The notes: generated from the sequence alone by a model not told the origin. Shown: positions 41,191 through 56,290, numbered from the stretch's first letter. The stretch: DNA of 64,000 nucleotides from Octopus sinensis (GCF_006345805.1 NC_043004.1:35216001-35280000); one strand, 5' to 3'. A program made the numbers and translations.

Positions 41191-42492
41191 GCTTCTTTCA
41201 GTTTCAGTCTTCCACATCCATACATGAGGCTTTGGGCTTTATGTGGCCAGGGTTTGCACAGAGAACACTTGCTCAAGGTGACACACATATACACAGTAGG
41301 ATTGAACCCAAAATCTTGTTGTTAGGAAAGTAAATTCTTAACCAAACAGCTTTGCCAAATAGAAAACAATGTTCATTTGAAGCTATATCCCCCATATTCA
41401 GCAAAAGAGAAAGCTGGAACTTGTGGAATTGGCAAAATTAGTAGACACAATGCAAAATGCCTTGCAGTATTTAGTCCGTCAGTTATATTTTGGCTTCAAA
41501 TCCCTCTTTGATTTGCCTTTTATCCTTTGGAGTGGATCAATAAAATATCAGTGGAGTCGATGTAATAGAACATACCCACACACACACACTCACACGCTAA
41601 AATCTGTGGCTTTGTGCTAATGTTAGGAATCAATATCTGCGAAAATAACATCTTTGGTTGATTTAATTTAAATATTTTTATCAACGCATGTTATTCTCCA
41701 TTGAGTCTCCCTGTTTGATAAAATGGAAACCACTTAAAAACAGAACCACTTAAAACATAAGCGATAGATTCTTTAGACTCTCTCAGAAACAACAGATTCT
41801 GATAGCAATGATAGAATATTGAACTAAATGTCCTTCCGATATTTAATTACAACTTTCTATTTATATCTTCGAATAGCATAGGGTTTCACTTTGCTTCTTC
41901 CATTATTTCTTATTTTTATCTGGCAGGATTTGATTCCATTGATTATAGATCTGTTCTACAAATTTGGAGAATTTGTACCAATACCAGAACAGAAATCAAT
42001 ATGAAGATGTAAATCTTGCTATGGAGTAATTAGTGAATATCATGCTATGCTTAACAAAACCTGTCCATTGTCTCATCCACCTCGTTCTTTCCAATAGGCC
42101 CTGCAATGGTTTTGCTAGAATTCTTATGCACTTTCTCATTGCCCAAACATCAAAATGCAGTCCTTAAAAATATCATAGCATTTCTCATTATTGGTTTTTC
42201 TATACCAAACATAAGCAATTATTTTGTAGCAGCAGATTCAATCTTAAACTAGGCCATGGGTTGACAATATAATAAACGTAGTTACAGAACCCAACCTCTA
42301 TTACACTAAGTAAATCTTAAACATTTGAGTAAAGCATGAGTGAACAAGAGTGAGACATAGACAAAATAACTTGATCAAACAAAGCTGGAAGTAAAACTCA
42401 TGTTAAAAATTTTCATAGAAACTGATAATTACGTAATCCTGACTTTTCATATACTTTAAATATATATATACATGTTTTGTATGCAAATATAT

Positions 42493-42722
42493 ATTTCTTT
42501 ACTGCCCACAAGGGGCTAAACATAGAGGGGACAAACAAGGACAGACAAAGGGATTAAGTCAATTACATCGACCCCAGTGCGAAACTGGTACTTTATTTAT
42601 TGACCCCGAAAGGATGAAAGTCAAAGTCGACATCGGCAGAATTTGAACTCAGAACATAATGACAGACAAAATACCGCTAAGCATTTCGCCCGGCGCGCTA
42701 ACATTTCAGCCAGTTCGTCGCC
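42493..42722 (-). mobile_element. SINE family S2
   Basis: Full-length reverse-complement match; flanked by duplicated tgcaaatata. Confidence 0.9.
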
Positions 42723-45369
42723 TTTTTGCATGCAAATATATCTATGTAAACAATGCTATCAAAGATAGAAAAATAGGTATTTCAAGAGTTTTTTTGCTCC
42801 TCCTTCAGTACCATTTCCAATCAATTAACCACCCACGAACACACTGCTTAAACGGCCAGTAAATATAGCAGAGTAATGCAATTGGAAAGACCAAATTTAC
42901 ATTTTAAACCCATTCCTGGCAATTGGAATGCACACATTAATTGCTAGTAGGGAATTAATATGCTTATGAGCTTTTAATGTACTTGGTAGTATATTATTGT
43001 TGCATAATGAAATTCAAGGTCCCTACAGCGCTTAATATGTACATACCAGTTGTCGGGAATGTGTTTAATATGTTAAGTTGGTATATCCAATTGTTACACC
43101 ACTATATTTGGTGGCTGTGTATGTATTCTAAACTGATATGCAATGCATAAAACAGAATCAATTCTAACAGAAATGTGTTCTATTCAGTTAGAACTCTGTG
43201 GTACAAGACATTTCTTGCTCTCTGGGTTGGCGTTCTGATGAAAAGATATCTGCATGACCCCAAAATGTAGCCATGGAACCAAGAGCTGACCAAGAAAAAT
43301 CATGTCCTTTTCAGTTCAACTCCAGTGACCATGAGACTGTTGCTGAGTCTCATTGATAGTCACAGAAAAGAACAATCACACTGGAAACCGACTGCTTGGA
43401 CGGAAACAGTTTATCTGACAGAAGGAGGAGAATGCATGCAATCCAAACATCTTCTTTAGCACAAACTGATTCTATGAGGGTCTTTTGTGCCATTGCAGAG
43501 TTTTGGTGCATTGAAAATTTTCTAGTAACATAACTAGTGCCTCTATTTTCAGTTTAAAGATTCTAAGGAAGGATGACATGAGGCTGAAGAGAACTGAAGA
43601 ACTCTCTTGGAGATATTCATTTCTCATACTGAGATGTTATATTTATATATAATATAGATAGACAGACAGACAGACAGATAGCTAGCTAGCTAGCTAGATA
43701 GATAGATAGACACACAGACAGATAGCTAGCTAGATAGATAGATAGGAAGATAGATAGATAGATAGATCTTATACCAGTTCGATTGGATTGGTACTCGTTG
43801 AATGATGAAAGCATTATTAACCTGCACAAACTGATTTGGGGGGGACAAAAATAACACATTGAGAGAGTCACTCATGACTTCTTATCATTTCATAAGACGC
43901 AGGGTAAACTTTCAACAGTATTTCGTGAGTTGTGTTCATAATCATTCCACAATTTTATTGCCATTCTGACCTCTCCACATTCAATGTCAACTGGTGTGAG
44001 GGATCACTACCTTCATTTAAATTAAACTTTTGCAAACTTGGCTGCAGTGTATGAATTGCATGACAGGTAGATTTTGCCGGAAATCTCCAGAAAACCAGAT
44101 TATGAGTCCAGTTAGGGTGTTGGTGTTACTTCTGACATCTTCTCAACTGAGAGCTTTAAATAGAAGTTAGTAAGACATTGTGCACTCATGCTTTGTGCTT
44201 GGTCAGCTCTAGAACCTCTGCTGTGTGTCTCAACCATTTGCCAATATTGCAAACAGGTTGAATGAGTATTTGAAAGCCAAATGAGCAGGCCTCCTGTTTG
44301 AGACCAAATTTGCAGCAATCCCAGGTGAGTCCACAAAAACAGAAAACTACTTGAATGAACATATTTTTTACAAAGTTACGTTCATCAAAAAAATTTCCAC
44401 CAGAATTGCCAAGGAATATCATTCCTTTTCTGAATCAGGAACTGACAATGAGCAGACGGCTGTTTCATATCTTTGCATGGCTCCTGGGGTGGGAGAGAAG
44501 TTTTGTGGTGAACAACTGTCATGAGCATTTAAAAGCAGGGTGGGGGGGTTGTGTTTTTTAATGGAAGTTTTAAGCAGGAGGATCTGAATAAACCATTAAA
44601 ACGGAAATGTAAGACATCTGGAGTATTAGCAGAGAAAAGTAATAATATGATTTGTAACTACTTGAGAAAATTGAGTAATTTACAAAGGTTACAGAGTTTG
44701 AAATGTGCAAAGTTATTAATATTGAACTGTGTCTGTATGAGACAAGAACTACTGATATCATTGTATACAATATAGGAAAATGAGTATTTGTTAAATCCAC
44801 AACAACAACAACAACAACAGTAATAAATAAATGAAGCAGCAAAGAGCAAGAACAGTGCAGAGAGGAGGAGAAGTAGTAGCAAGCAGAATGAGATGACCTG
44901 GTCTACAAGGCACTCCAAATGTTAGTATAATATCAGTGAGATAAGTTAATTTCCATTAAGATCTTTCAAAGCTGACATAGAGTTTCTCTTGTGTCTGTTG
45001 TTCTCTCATTGAAATTGAGTGACATTGACACAGCAGCTTCTCTCCAAACTCACTTAATGGAGATTAAATCTTTATTCAGTTGTGTTTTTTTTTTTTTGGT
45101 TTTTGGTTTATTTTTTCTATGTTCTATGTTGAATAGTAACTTTAGATTAATTCTAACTTGGATTAAATAATAATTTGAACTTTAAGATGTTTTCTACCAA
45201 ACTCTCAGCAACCAATATTATAATTCTTCTAATGGTAAAATTCAAAATCCAACAAATCCATTGTCGTTGGTCACCACCAGCAATAAATAATCCAGTTGTG
45301 GAAAAAAAAAATATAATCCAATTAAATACAAAGTTAATGTAGATGAAAGACCAAAAACCATTTTTTTAA

Positions 45370-45602
45370 GGCGGCGAGCTGGCAGAAACGTTAGCACGCC
45401 AGGCAAATGCTTAGCGGTATTTCGTCTACTGTTGCGTTCTGAGTTCAAATTCCGTCGAGGTCGACTTTGCCTTTCATCCTTCGGGGTCAATTAAATAAGT
45501 ACCAGTTATGCACTGGGGTTGATATAGTCGACTTAATATCCGTTTGTCTGTCCTTGTTCGTCCCCTCTGTGTTTAGCCCCTTGTAGGTAGTAAAAAATAG
45601 GA
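45370..45602 (+). mobile_element. SINE family S2
   Basis: ggcggcgagctggcagaaacgttagc...tttagccccttgtaggtagtaaa. Confidence 0.9.
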
Positions 45603-47984
45603 ATATGCTTTGTTTTTTACTTTTATTTGCAGCATTTATTTTTATTGATTTTTTCCAAACATTTACATTTCTTTTTTATTTCTATAATTGTCTTAACTAT
45701 GGTTGTTGTGATCTCACTATAAAACACATCAGTTCCCTGACTAACAACAGTAACATATCATCATATAACGTCCATGTTCCAAGCTGGCATGTGTTGGACT
45801 GACATAATATTCCAATAAATATTGTTTTCAAATTTTGTTACAAGGTCAGAAATTTCGGGTGGGGGGGGCAGATAAGTGGATTGAATTGACCCCAGCATCC
45901 AACTGGTACTTATTCTATTGGCCTATGAAAGGATGAAAGAATTTGAACTCAGAATGTAAAGAAGAATCAAAAGTTGCTAACGATTCTACCAGCTTGCCGC
46001 TGTAATATTCCAATAAATATTTCCCCAGATCTATGACCAGTATTGCTCAATATCATGACAAGTATAAAGACTAACTTTGGGGTTCCTGTGGCAGCTGTGA
46101 GGGACAATGTACAGTATTGTGACATGAGCCATTAATTGAGATATCGACCAATAATCCAGAACCTTAACAAGATCTTCTATGCTATAAAGTTGGCAAGTTG
46201 GCAGAAATGTTAGAACACTGGGTGAAATACTTAGTGGTACTTCGACTGTCTTTACATTCTAAGTTCAAATTCTGCCACGGTCGACTTTGCCTTTCATCCT
46301 TTCAGGGTCGATAAATTAAGTACCAGTTGCGTACTGGGGTTGATCTAATCAACTGGCCTCCTCCCCAAAACTTTCGAGCCTTGTGCTCAGAGTAGAAAAT
46401 AATATCTTCTATGCTCTACATTACTAAAGAAAAAAAACAGATGTTGCTACCTCAATGAAATAGGAAAGTTCTGTAAAGGAGGAGCTCAAGAATTGATGGA
46501 ATTTGACAGAATATATCATGGTGTGGAGTATCCATGTATCTATTCTGCAGCAAGACACCTTTATCTATCCCCTCAATATCTTAAATCTCTCAACAGGTAC
46601 AAAGTAACAACCAGCTCAGTACTACTTCTCACCCCCCAGCTGCTGGGCTCTTGTCTTGCAAGGTATTTGGTGATCCCTTTTGTGGCTGGGGTCACGTAAA
46701 AATCACTGGTGCTTGTGCCATAAGAAAAACAAAAAATACACTGGTGATTGGTGCCATTTAAAAAGCCATACACCCTGTAAAGTGGTTGGTGTTAAAAAGG
46801 GTGTCCAGCTGTAGATACCATGCCAAAACAGACAGTGGAACATGGTATGGCCCATGGCCTTGCTGACTCTTGTCAAACAACCCAACCAATACAAGTATGG
46901 AGAATGGACAATGAATGATGATGGTTTTAACATCAGAAAGATTTTAAAATCATCATTGTTTTACACCAATTGCAATACCATCATTACTATTTCTTCTGCA
47001 GCAAGCAATTGCAGCAGGTTTTTGATGTGATGATAGCATTTTTGTACAAGCGACAGAGACCCTAAAAAAGGTTTAAATGAGACCGCTCATCTTACTCTGG
47101 AAAAAACATGGAAAACAAAACAAGAATCCAGGAACCCTAAAGATGAAACGAATACTTCAAGACATGTAGTCAAACACTGATGCCAACATATTGCCAACTG
47201 AAGATAGAAAAACATTCATTTTTATGAAGGTGGTGCTATGCCTCAAGAGATTGTTATGAAGTAACATTATCTTGAAACAGTTTGTCTTGTTCGTAATTTT
47301 ATTAGCATTACATCTCCAAATTGTGTTGATATATCAACATTAGTTACATGAAAAATAACTTCATGATATGTTGCTATTATTATTGGCATAAAGATATAGT
47401 TTGGCTTGGCCAATAACAACACATCTCAAAACTATAACAATAATAAAACCCATAAAAATATTAATTTTTGCCAAATACACACAGGAAGTTTGTTGGTTAT
47501 TTTTTCTTTTCTTTTGTTTTGTTTGCTTTGTTCTTAACCAATCTTACATTAATGGAGTTTGATACAAAACTCTATCCATAGGATGGAGCAACTTTTACAA
47601 ATCCTCTTTATCAGTATTGTTGTTGTTATCATTGTTGGTGTTTTATATAAATGATAGATTTTAACATGAGTTTTACAGAAGATTTCAAGGAAACATGATA
47701 ATGAAATAACAATGACGGCGATGATGATGATGATGATGATGAAGATTATGATGATGATGATGATGATAATTCTCTCTACTAAAGGCACAAGGCCTAAAAT
47801 TTGGGGTGGGGAGGGAACTAGTCGATTACATCGACCCCAGTGTTTCACTGATACTTAATTTATCAACCCCAAAAGGATGAAAGGCAAAGTTGGAATTTTG
47901 GTGGAATTTGAACTCAGAATGTTGTGGCAGACAAAATACTGTTAAGCATGCTAATGATCCTGCCCTCATGTACACATTTTGTCT

Positions 47985-48418
47985 TGGTGTAAAAGATGAG
48001 CTGCAGCAAGTGTTCTGCTCAATACTACAGATTTGCTGGTCAGTTGTTTGATCTTAACCAGTTGACCATGTCCCTTTGTGGCTGACGATATGTGCATCTC
48101 TGATCATGAGCAGAAGTACTGGGGGAACATCATAACCATGTGTCGGAGAGGGATTCTTTGGAGTTGGAATAATTCACCTTAAACAGCCCTTATTTGGGGA
48201 CCTTTTGAGCAGGATGAGCTACTCAACCTGAAGAAAATCTTAACTGTGCCCCACTTGCAAGGTCATGTGCTGTTTATCTTTTTTTAATATGAGATCACCA
48301 TGTCAAGTGCATATAGTTGTGATGCATGTACCTGGTGTATCCTTATCAGATGGGTATACTGGGCTTCATATATTTTACCCCAGTGTCACTTTGATGGCAT
48401 GCATTGTTCTCTCACTAA
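47985..48418 (+). repeat. Unclassified interspersed repeat ending in (AAT)n
   Basis: GC-richer block ending in an AAT tail; single copy in the window. Confidence 0.4.
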
Positions 48419-48444
48419 ATAATAATAATAATAATATTAATAAT

Positions 48445-50335
48445 AGGAGATTGGAATAGAATACTCTGTAGCACTCCTACAGAAAGTTTATCTCTTAGGG
48501 AGAGCAAAGGTTATCAGGAGGGTTCTAAGCACTTAAAAGACTACTGAAAATTTGTGGATACTTAAGGCTACATGTAGTAACCTGCTACCCACATAAATTC
48601 TACCAAGACCGAGCCTGAGTCAAACCAAAGACTAAGATTGGTGTTGTACTAAAAACTGGCCAGATAGAGTAATATCCGAGCAGTTTAATACATGGGTGAT
48701 AGCATCACTATGGTATGGAGCTGGAATCATAAACTGGCAAAAGAAAGAACTGATGAACATGGATTTGAAGACAAGAAAAATATTGAGTGTGTGTGGAGAC
48801 TTCCACCCCAAGAGTGACACTGATAGGCTGTACTTGTCCAGAAGAAAGGGTGGGAGAAGTTTGATAAGTTACCAGGACTGTTTTGAAGCAGAGGAAAACA
48901 GCTTAGTGTGGTATGTAAAAAATGTCTTGGAACCATTGTTAAAACATGTGAAGAAATCCATCATCATTTAACTTCCACTTTCCATGCTAGCATGGGTTGG
49001 ATGGTTTGATCAGGGTCTGGGAAGCCAGGAGGCTGCACCAGGCTCCAGTCTGATCTGGCAGTGTTTCTACAGCTGGATGCCCTTCTTAACGCCAACCACT
49101 CCGTGGGCGTAGTGGGTACTTTTTACATGCTAGGGGAAGCTGGCAGTGGCCACGATTGGCTTTTTGCATGCCACCGGCACAGAAACCAGTCAAGGCGGTG
49201 CTGGCATTGGCCACGTTCGGATGATGCTTATTTTGTGCTGCCGGCACAGGTATCATAACTACAATTTCTATTTGATATTTATTTTGATGCTGATGTACTT
49301 GACTCAATAGGTCTTCTCAAGCACAGCAGATCACCCTACAATCCAAGGTAAGCACAGCAGGTCGATCTGCAATCGAAGGTACTTTGGATGGGCTGGGGCT
49401 ATCCAGTATCACGAAAATTGATAATGGTGCAAAGAAAGAATATCTTAAAGAGGGAAAGAACACACACAAAAAAAAAGAAACATCATGGATGGAGAAAAAA
49501 TGTATGGTCAGTTTGCAAGAGATACAAATGTCAAGACAGATACAGAAGACCAGTGGCTCTGGATGAGGAGGAGTGACCTGAAGATAGAGACAGAAGCTCT
49601 CATACACGCAGCACAAGAACAAGTGTGACGGGCTAACTTTATGAAGTACAGAATAGACAATACAAATGACAACAAATGCAGATTGTGTGGTGAGAGGTGT
49701 GAAATGGTATGGTACATTGGTAGTGAATGCTCGAAATTGGCACAACGGGAATACAAAAGACACCATGACAATGTGGCAAGAATGATCCATTGGGAGCTCT
49801 GTGAAAATCATTGCTGACAAATAGCAAAGACATGGTATGAGCATACACTGCAGCAGGTGTCACTGAGAATGAAGGTTGCAAAGTCCTGTGAGATGCAATG
49901 GTTCAGTGCAGTCACCTGACCAGGCACTAGAAACCAGACATTGTTGTGGGGGGGGGGAGGAGAACTTGCCTGATAATTGGTATAGCATGTCCTGGTGACA
50001 ACAGCATCAATGTGAAAGAAGAAGAAAAGCTGAACAACTATGACGATTTGATGTGGGAAATAGAAAGGTTGAGGTCAATGAGGAGAGTAGACATGATACC
50101 AATAGTAATTGGTTCACTTGGAAGTATCAGCACTCAACTACAAACATCGCTGAAAAAGATCGGTGCAAATGTGAAGGTAGAACACCTACAAAAATCAGCA
50201 TTGCTTGGAACTGCAAGAAATCTTGGCAGGGTTCTTGAAGTATGACCAGTAAACAAGTGTCACCTTAGTCCACTGGCTGTGGACAGCAGACACTTTCCAT
50301 CATACCAAGCAAAATAAGCTGTGAGTTTTCATATA
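48445..50335 (+). mobile_element. Decayed R4/Dong-like RLE retrotransposons (short 3' fragment plus longer copy split by S3)
   Basis: YGAGIINW...DLKTRKIL...HPKSDTDRLYLSRRKGGRSL; CRLCGE..WYIGSEC..EYKRHHD; IACPGD...PIVIGSLG...QKSALLGTAR. Confidence 0.9.
48960..49400 (-). mobile_element. Family S3 repeat nested in the Dong-like element
   Basis: Reverse-complement match to 32298-32718. Confidence 0.85.
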
Positions 50336-50695
50336 TTAATAATAATAATGGTTTCAAATTTTGGTTCGATAAAGATGTAAACAAATGAATATCTTATAGA
50401 GCCTCTACAGAATGTTTGCCTCTTAGGAACACGAAAAATCATCAGAAAGGTTTTGAACACTTGAAAGATTATTGAAAGCTGGTGGATCTAAGGTTAGGGT
50501 ACAATACAAGTAGTTTTAGTGGGAGGGGTCAGTTGATTAAATAAACCCCTTCCTCGTGCTTGACTGATTCTCTGTTTTATTGTCCTGGCAGTATTTGAAT
50601 TGAGAATGTAAAGAACCAGAACAAATGTGAATAAGCATTGTGTCCAATACACAAACAACTCTGCCATCTCACCTTCATGACAATGATGATGATAA

Positions 50696-51550
50696 TTGAA
50701 AACGAATGAAACTGAAAAATAGGTGGGTAAAGAAAAGAATGCATGGTCAATTTCATAGGGATGTTGAAAAAAGATGGCTGTGGATGACTAAAAGTGATTT
50801 AAAACCAGAAATGGAGACTCTAATGTGTCTGCCCAAGAGCAAGCAAGCACTAAAAACAAACTACATAAAATACAGAATAGACAACACAGCAGAACGTGAT
50901 AAGAGCAGAATCTGTGGACAAAACGGTGAAACCGTATGGCATATTACCAGTCAATGTACACCACTAGCCCAGAAGGAATATAAGAGAGGCCATGACAATA
51001 TAGCAAGGCTTGTCCATTGGATACTTTGCAACAAGTATGGACTTGACAGAGCAAAACATTGGTACAACCACAAACCTAAAGGCATTGTCAAAAATAGAAA
51101 TGCAAAGATCCTATGGGATTTTATGATTCAGTGCGACCATGAGATAGAGAATAGGAAGCCAGACATAGTCTTAATTGAGGAAGAAAACAAACTATGCTGG
51201 ATCACAGATATAGCATGCCCAGCTGACAAGGTATGCGATAAGGAAGAAAGAAAAGTCGAGAGATATGACAGGTTAGCTTGGGAAGTTAAGCATTTGTGGT
51301 TGATGAAAAAGGTAGCAGTAGTACCAATAATTGTTGGAGCCCTGGAAACAGTGAACAAAAATCTCGAGAGGTATGTGGAACAAATAGGGGCTGCAATAAG
51401 GGTGGAGCACTTGCAGAGAACAGCACTGCTTGGAACCGCCCGAATACTCTGGAAGGTCCTTGAAAAATAAGATGTGTTAACTTAGTTCACTGGTAGTCAA
51501 CAGCTGACACCATAGTACATCTCCAGCGTTAGAAGCTGTGCAAAGGCAAT
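50696..51550 (+). mobile_element. 5'-truncated R4/Dong-like element; open 254-aa C-terminal ORF (50706-51470) with zinc knuckle and RLE endonuclease
   Basis: SRICGQNGETVWHITSQC (CCHC-like), RGHD, ILWDF, RKPDIV...DIACP, PIIVGAL, ALLGTARIL; flanked by (GAT)n. Confidence 0.9.
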
Positions 51551-52312
51551 GACAATAATGATGATGATGATGACGATGATGATGATAAGTTCCAAAATCA
51601 CCCTAATTCTAGAGATTTGTAAAGGGCTTCTAAACTGATCATTGTGATTAATTGGTTCTTATCTGAGACACCTGGTTGGATAGTAAACAAAAACACTATT
51701 TGCAGGATTTGAATACTAATAACATTTCCAACAATAATAATCATTTATCATTTCTCATATGACAGTGGTTGTTGTGTTGTTGTTGTTGTAATCATTAATA
51801 GCACCAGACCCTTGATTTTGTTGTAATGTACAGCTATTACTGTAATATCAATGATGATTTTTATAAGTATGACAGCTGCAACCATTGTTGTAAAAGAGAC
51901 AGTGCTTTCATTAGTAACCATGGGGATCAAGACACTGTACCATCCCCTTCCCTCAGTCTCTGCCTATTTCCCTCTCTTCTTTCTCAAGTAGACTTACACT
52001 CTTTGAAATAGAATCTATTTTTTCCTTTAAAATGATTGTGGAAATTGTTTACCACAACCTAGTTTTTAACAGCAAATCTGTCTCTTCACAGAAGCCATGG
52101 AACAGAACAACTATTACCTTCTGCTCGTTGGCAGTTCCACAATAAAATGGTCAACATTAGACAATAATTTTAAATTTTCATTAAGATAGAAAGGGCCTAC
52201 AATTTAGTGAAACATTTGGAGGCATAAATTTCCATAATGATTGTGATGAAGGCAATGCTGATGATGATGATGATGACAACGATGACATGCTGCTGCTGAT
52301 GATGATGATTAA

Positions 52313-52531
52313 CCCTTTAGTATTTAAACCGGCCATATCCGGCCAAAATAGTTAATCTGTTTTATGTTCAAACTGACCAGATCCAGGCTCTCACACCTAC
52401 CCTACAATGTTATTCTACATTAGGTAATTACACCATCAAGATCTTGAAGATATGAGATAATGCATGGTTAATTGAAATCAATGTGAATCAATTAGCATTA
52501 TGTTTGATAGAATAATCTGAACACTAAAGGG
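52313..52531 (+). mobile_element. piggyBac-like MITE
   Basis: TTAA|ccctttag ... ctaaaggg|TTAA. Confidence 0.85.
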
Positions 52532-52559
52532 TTAAGGCAATGATGATAATGGTAAAGAT

Positions 52560-52795
52560 TACTAAAACTCAAAGAGCAAGTGCAGAATCTGTGGAAAAGA
52601 AGACAAAAGTATCAACCTCCTCTTAAGTGCATGCAGTAAGCTTGTACAAAAAGAGCATAAGCAGAAGTATAACTGTGCATTGGTAATTTAGCTGAGTACA
52701 TGGATTCGAAATAGCAGAAGAGTGGATGGAACACGAAGCAGAGGCTGTGAGAGTGAATGATAATTACAGGGTTTTATGGGATTTCTCCATAAATA
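52560..52795 (+). mobile_element. Dong-like RLE fragment
   Basis: KCRICGKEDKSINLLLSACSKLVQKEHK...VLWDF. Confidence 0.75.
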
Positions 52796-53196
52796 CAAAA
52801 GTGGAGGGGGGGGGCTGAAAAGTTTATACACTGATTATGAAAGAGTGATGCTAGAGCTGTGAAATCTTGCATGCATTAATTTCAGCTCTTCTTATTAATT
52901 GTTTCTTTCCAGGTAAACTGACATCTGACTGTTCAAAGAGCTGAAGCAAAGTATTTGAAGCAACAGTCTTGCATCTGTAACAATCTAAAGGTAAGTCCAC
53001 CAGACTCATAGAAGTATCTTTTTATCATTTACTTGTTTCCGTCATTAGACTGTGGTCATGCTGGGGCACCACTTTGAAGAGTTTCTAGTGGAATGAACCA
53101 ATGCCCAGTACTTTTGTTTTGGTTTCTTTTGTTGAACTGCTCAGTTACAGGGGCATAACACACCAACAGCAGTTGTCAAGCAGTGTTAGGGGACAG

Positions 53197-53515
53197 ATTG
53201 GCATCGGTTACAACAATGAGGGATCCAGTTGATCTAATGAAAGGAAAAGCTTACTCAAAAAAATGCAGGTGGCTGAGCACTCCACATACCATTGATGTAG
53301 TTCTCTCAGGGAGATTCAGCACGACACAGAATGAGACAAAGTTGGCCCCTTTGAATTACAGGTACCACTCATTTTGACCAGCTGAATGGACTGGAGCAAT
53401 GTGAAATAAAGTGTCTTACTCAAGGACATAATGTGCCATGGGGGAGTAGAACTCATGACCTTATAATCTTGAGCTGAATACCCTGACCACTGAGCCACAC
53501 ACACACCTTCACTGG
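53197..53515 (-). mobile_element. SINE family S5 nested in an S1 copy
   Basis: Reverse-complement match; S1 halves at ~53025-53195 and ~53580-53740. Confidence 0.8.
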
Positions 53516-55431
53516 TGGACACACACCCACACACAAGGACGCGTACACATGCACACACACACACACACATATATATGATCGGCCTCTTTTCCTTTCCATC
53601 TAACAATTCACTCACAGGGCTTTTGTGAGCCCAAGGCTATAGAAAAAGACACTTGCTTAATGTGCCACACAGTTGGACTGTACCCAGAACCATGAGGTTG
53701 GGAAGCAAGCTTCTTACCATACAGCTTCCCCTCCGCCTATATATATATATATATATATATATCTACAGCATATATCATTATATTGAATGAACCAACAGAG
53801 TCCACTGATGGGTTTTATTGAACTGAATAAGAACCCATAGCAGTCATCGATGAGGGAGTAAAAGATAGCAGGATATATCGAGACTAGTTACCTTCGACTT
53901 TTGCTTATTATCAAAAGAATCAGGAGTAGTGGAGACTTTGGAATAGAAAGAAAGTCATTGACTGTCTGTCTGTAACCATTCCACTTTCTTTATGCCATTA
54001 AAGGTTTGGCAAAAAAATATAAATATGACAATGGTTTCTTCCCATTTCCTGTATTACTAGTTTTGTTCCAATATTTAAGTCTTCTCATCTCAGTAAATCT
54101 ATTTACTTCAGGCTCCATGTTTAAAATGCAACATTGTTCATGGAACTAAAATCACAACAACAACAAAAATAAAACAAATTAAGAAAATAAAGTAGATTTC
54201 AACTGTGTAAGAAATTCTTTCTAAACTTTCATATTTAAACATGTCTGAGACCATTTTTTTCTAAAATTTTGTTTTTTAACCAGATTCATGTTTTCTTGCA
54301 AAGTATTCTATCATGAATTTCAAAATGGTAAGTGAATTCTTGAGAAACAGAGAGGCAAAATGACTCAGATGCACATCTTGTTCCAAGTTCATATTACTTT
54401 CCAGATTATTTCTTTTAATTTCCTTGGATTCCGGATCTTAACTTATTTCTTTTAAATTACAATGGAAACCCCAAGTAATTTTAACATTCATATTGTGACA
54501 TCAAATATAACTTTAGCAATTCTATTTTCATTTCTTTTACAGTTTCTGCTATTTATGTCTTGGATTTGAAGAACTTTCCAACAGATATCAAAAAGACTTT
54601 TTTCTCTGTATTCTCTTTCCTTAAAGACGTCACTAATACATACATACATTCATGTGTGTGTGTGCACACGCATATATATATATATGTTTATGCATATATA
54701 TGTATATATATATATAAAATATATATATATTTATATATATATATATACATACATATATATGCACACACATATATGTATATATATACATACACACACACAT
54801 ATATAACATTTATACACATATATTTGCATATAATCATTTTAAATGCCTACATATGTACACACACCCACATTTATGAGATACACATAAATACACATCCACA
54901 TATAATCAGATATATGCATATATGGGCATACACTTATTCGTGTATGTACGTTTATACATACACATGCATAGATATACATATGTACACACATAAACACACA
55001 CACACACACACACACATATATATGTGTGATTATATTATATTTCTAATGCTTCTGAAGATAGCAAGCATATACTTGTGCTTCAGTACCATATTTGATGTGC
55101 TTACAATGTGATATGACATTCATTGATTTATTACATCTGTTATGGCCTGAGGCTACTTCAGTGTTGGAAGCCAAATCATTTATTGATACACACTTCGGAC
55201 ATAATAATGTGAATAGTCTTACTTATTTTGACATTTTCTCCACCTTACTGCTCACAATCTGTCTTCCTTTGTTTCTTTCTTTCACTCTAACAATCTTCCT
55301 TTCACGCTAACAATCTTTTTTTTATATCTACACTAGTTTTTGTAATATCAGACCTGCATACACACACACACATGTATATATGTGCATGTGTATACATATA
55401 TATGTGTGTGTGTGTTTGTATGTATATGTAT

Positions 55432-56290
55432 AGGGTGCGGTGAATATATTGTCGTCTAAATTACGTAAAAATGTAAAATAACACTGGCATCCCATTTTAA
55501 CAGATATATTTACCAAAATTACTTTAAAATGTCTTGAAATACTAAAGAGTAAATTTATTCAGTAAAATCGCCATTTCATTGGATTCAACCATGGCCTCCA
55601 GACAACTTTGGAATCTCTTGGAACGCTTCTGGACTGACTCCTTGTTTAATTTAGTGAAAGATGCCATAAACCTTGCCTTCAGTTCATCACGTTATGCGCG
55701 GGTGGGGATCAACTGTGTTCCACACATAATAATCAAGGGGGTTGCAGTCTGGGGAGTTAGGTGGCCAGATGTTAGGGGTGATGGGGTCACAGAAATTGTC
55801 TGACAGCCATGACTGGGTTCTCCTGCTTGTGTGGCTGTGTGTAGAGTCCTGTTGCCAGATGTAGGGTCTTCCAGCAGCCACCCTCTTCACCTGTGGCAGC
55901 ACTACCCCCTCCAGACACTTGATGTAGGCCTCCATGTTGAGTCTGAAGCTGCGTGGGAAGACAAATGGAGGCATAACATCGCCATCACTAGTGATCACTC
56001 TGGACACCATGATGTTGACTGGATGTTTGATTTTTATCACTCATGGAACATATCCTCAGATTGACACCCAGGCACTCTGAATTGTTTGTATTGGAGCTTC
56101 TGCCATGAATACCGAGCAATATGGCATGTTTCCAAATTTTTGGCAGAGTGAATTGTATCCTTGTGTTTTGTATCTCACAGACAGTGCCCAACTGACCCTA
56201 CTACACTGTGTAGTTGACAAAATCAAAAGCAACCAATGCACATGCACACAAATTAGAAGTATAATAAAAACATTTTACCCATCACACCCT
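55432..56290 (-). mobile_element. Internally deleted Tc1/mariner-superfamily transposon (DD37D/maT-like)
   Basis: WQQDSTHSHTS...IWPPNSPDCNPLDYYVW; imperfect TIRs agggtgcggtgaatatattg / cattttacccatcacaccct. Confidence 0.85.

Noticed and set aside
43325-43363. Hairpin atgagact..agtctcat
   Set aside because: Too short for a pre-miRNA and has no diagnostic motif.
43860-44560. GC-richer block with a strong caggtgagt donor near 44324
   Set aside because: All three frames from the nearest acceptor contain stops; no homology recognised.
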